NCBI GenBank assembly: GCA_019056805.1
Contig: DXJG01000009.1
Location: forward strand, 30,001-62,000
Source: Candidatus Baldrarchaeota archaeon
GTDB taxonomy: Archaea; Asgardarchaeota; Baldrarchaeia; Baldrarchaeales; DXJG01
DNA: 32,000 nt
Direction of reading: 5' to 3'
Shown one piece after another: positions 31,864 through 32,000 of the stretch. How positions within the stretch are numbered: position 1 is the first letter of the stretch; every line of letters starts with the position of its first letter. The translations under genes were made by a program, and so were the position numbers. The notes beneath the pieces were generated by a model. That model was not told the DNA's origin, did not search any database, and worked only from the letters and a program-made list of their open reading frames with translations.

Positions 31864-32000
31864 ATGCCCAAAAGAAAAAGAATAGAGGAACCAACCGAAG
31901 TTAGAGAAGTACCATTACCTGGGCCTGGAGAAGTTCTTGGAGTTGTTCTTCAAATGCTAGGCGGAGACAAGGTCAGAGTAAAATGTGTTGATGGATATAC
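31864..32000 (+). CDS. eif1a: Translation initiation factor aIF-1A (5' part, truncated by the window end)
   Basis: MPKRKRIEEPTEVREVPLPGPGEVLGVVLQMLGGDKVRVKCVDGY; not in the ORF track because it is open at the window edge. Confidence 0.9.
   Translation, partial: MPKRKRIEEPTEVREVPLPGPGEVLGVVLQMLGGDKVRVKCVDGY

Overview
AT-rich, densely coding archaeal chromosome segment. The gene set and order (Alba, NusA-like KH protein, crenarchaeal-style AspRS, Cdc48, EF-1beta, FEN1, Trm5, RPA, eIF2beta, DUF424, NMD3, eIF1A) and the multi-intron tRNA point to a TACK/Asgard-type lineage; Bathyarchaeia is a guess. It is mostly housekeeping, plus a tungstate ABC importer (tupABC) with a ModE-type regulator and a perfect 26-bp operator palindrome. 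The strongest unusual signal is in the protein-repair gene pcm (L-isoaspartyl methyltransferase). It is interrupted inside its conserved TISAPHM motif by a 31-nt insert (18225-18255) that folds into a canonical bulge-helix-bulge splice motif, and removing the insert at the predicted endonuclease cut sites restores the frame exactly, so this looks like a tRNA-type intron in an mRNA. Other notable items: a tRNA-Lys(CUU) with two introns; a three-gene cluster whose active-site residues all suggest deamination-first (inosine-route) recycling of SAM by-products; an RPA gene that appears to start at ATT; and a modE/TOBE pair one base away from fusion. No CRISPR array, integrase, transposase or rRNA was seen. 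All calls come from motif recognition by eye; no searches were run.
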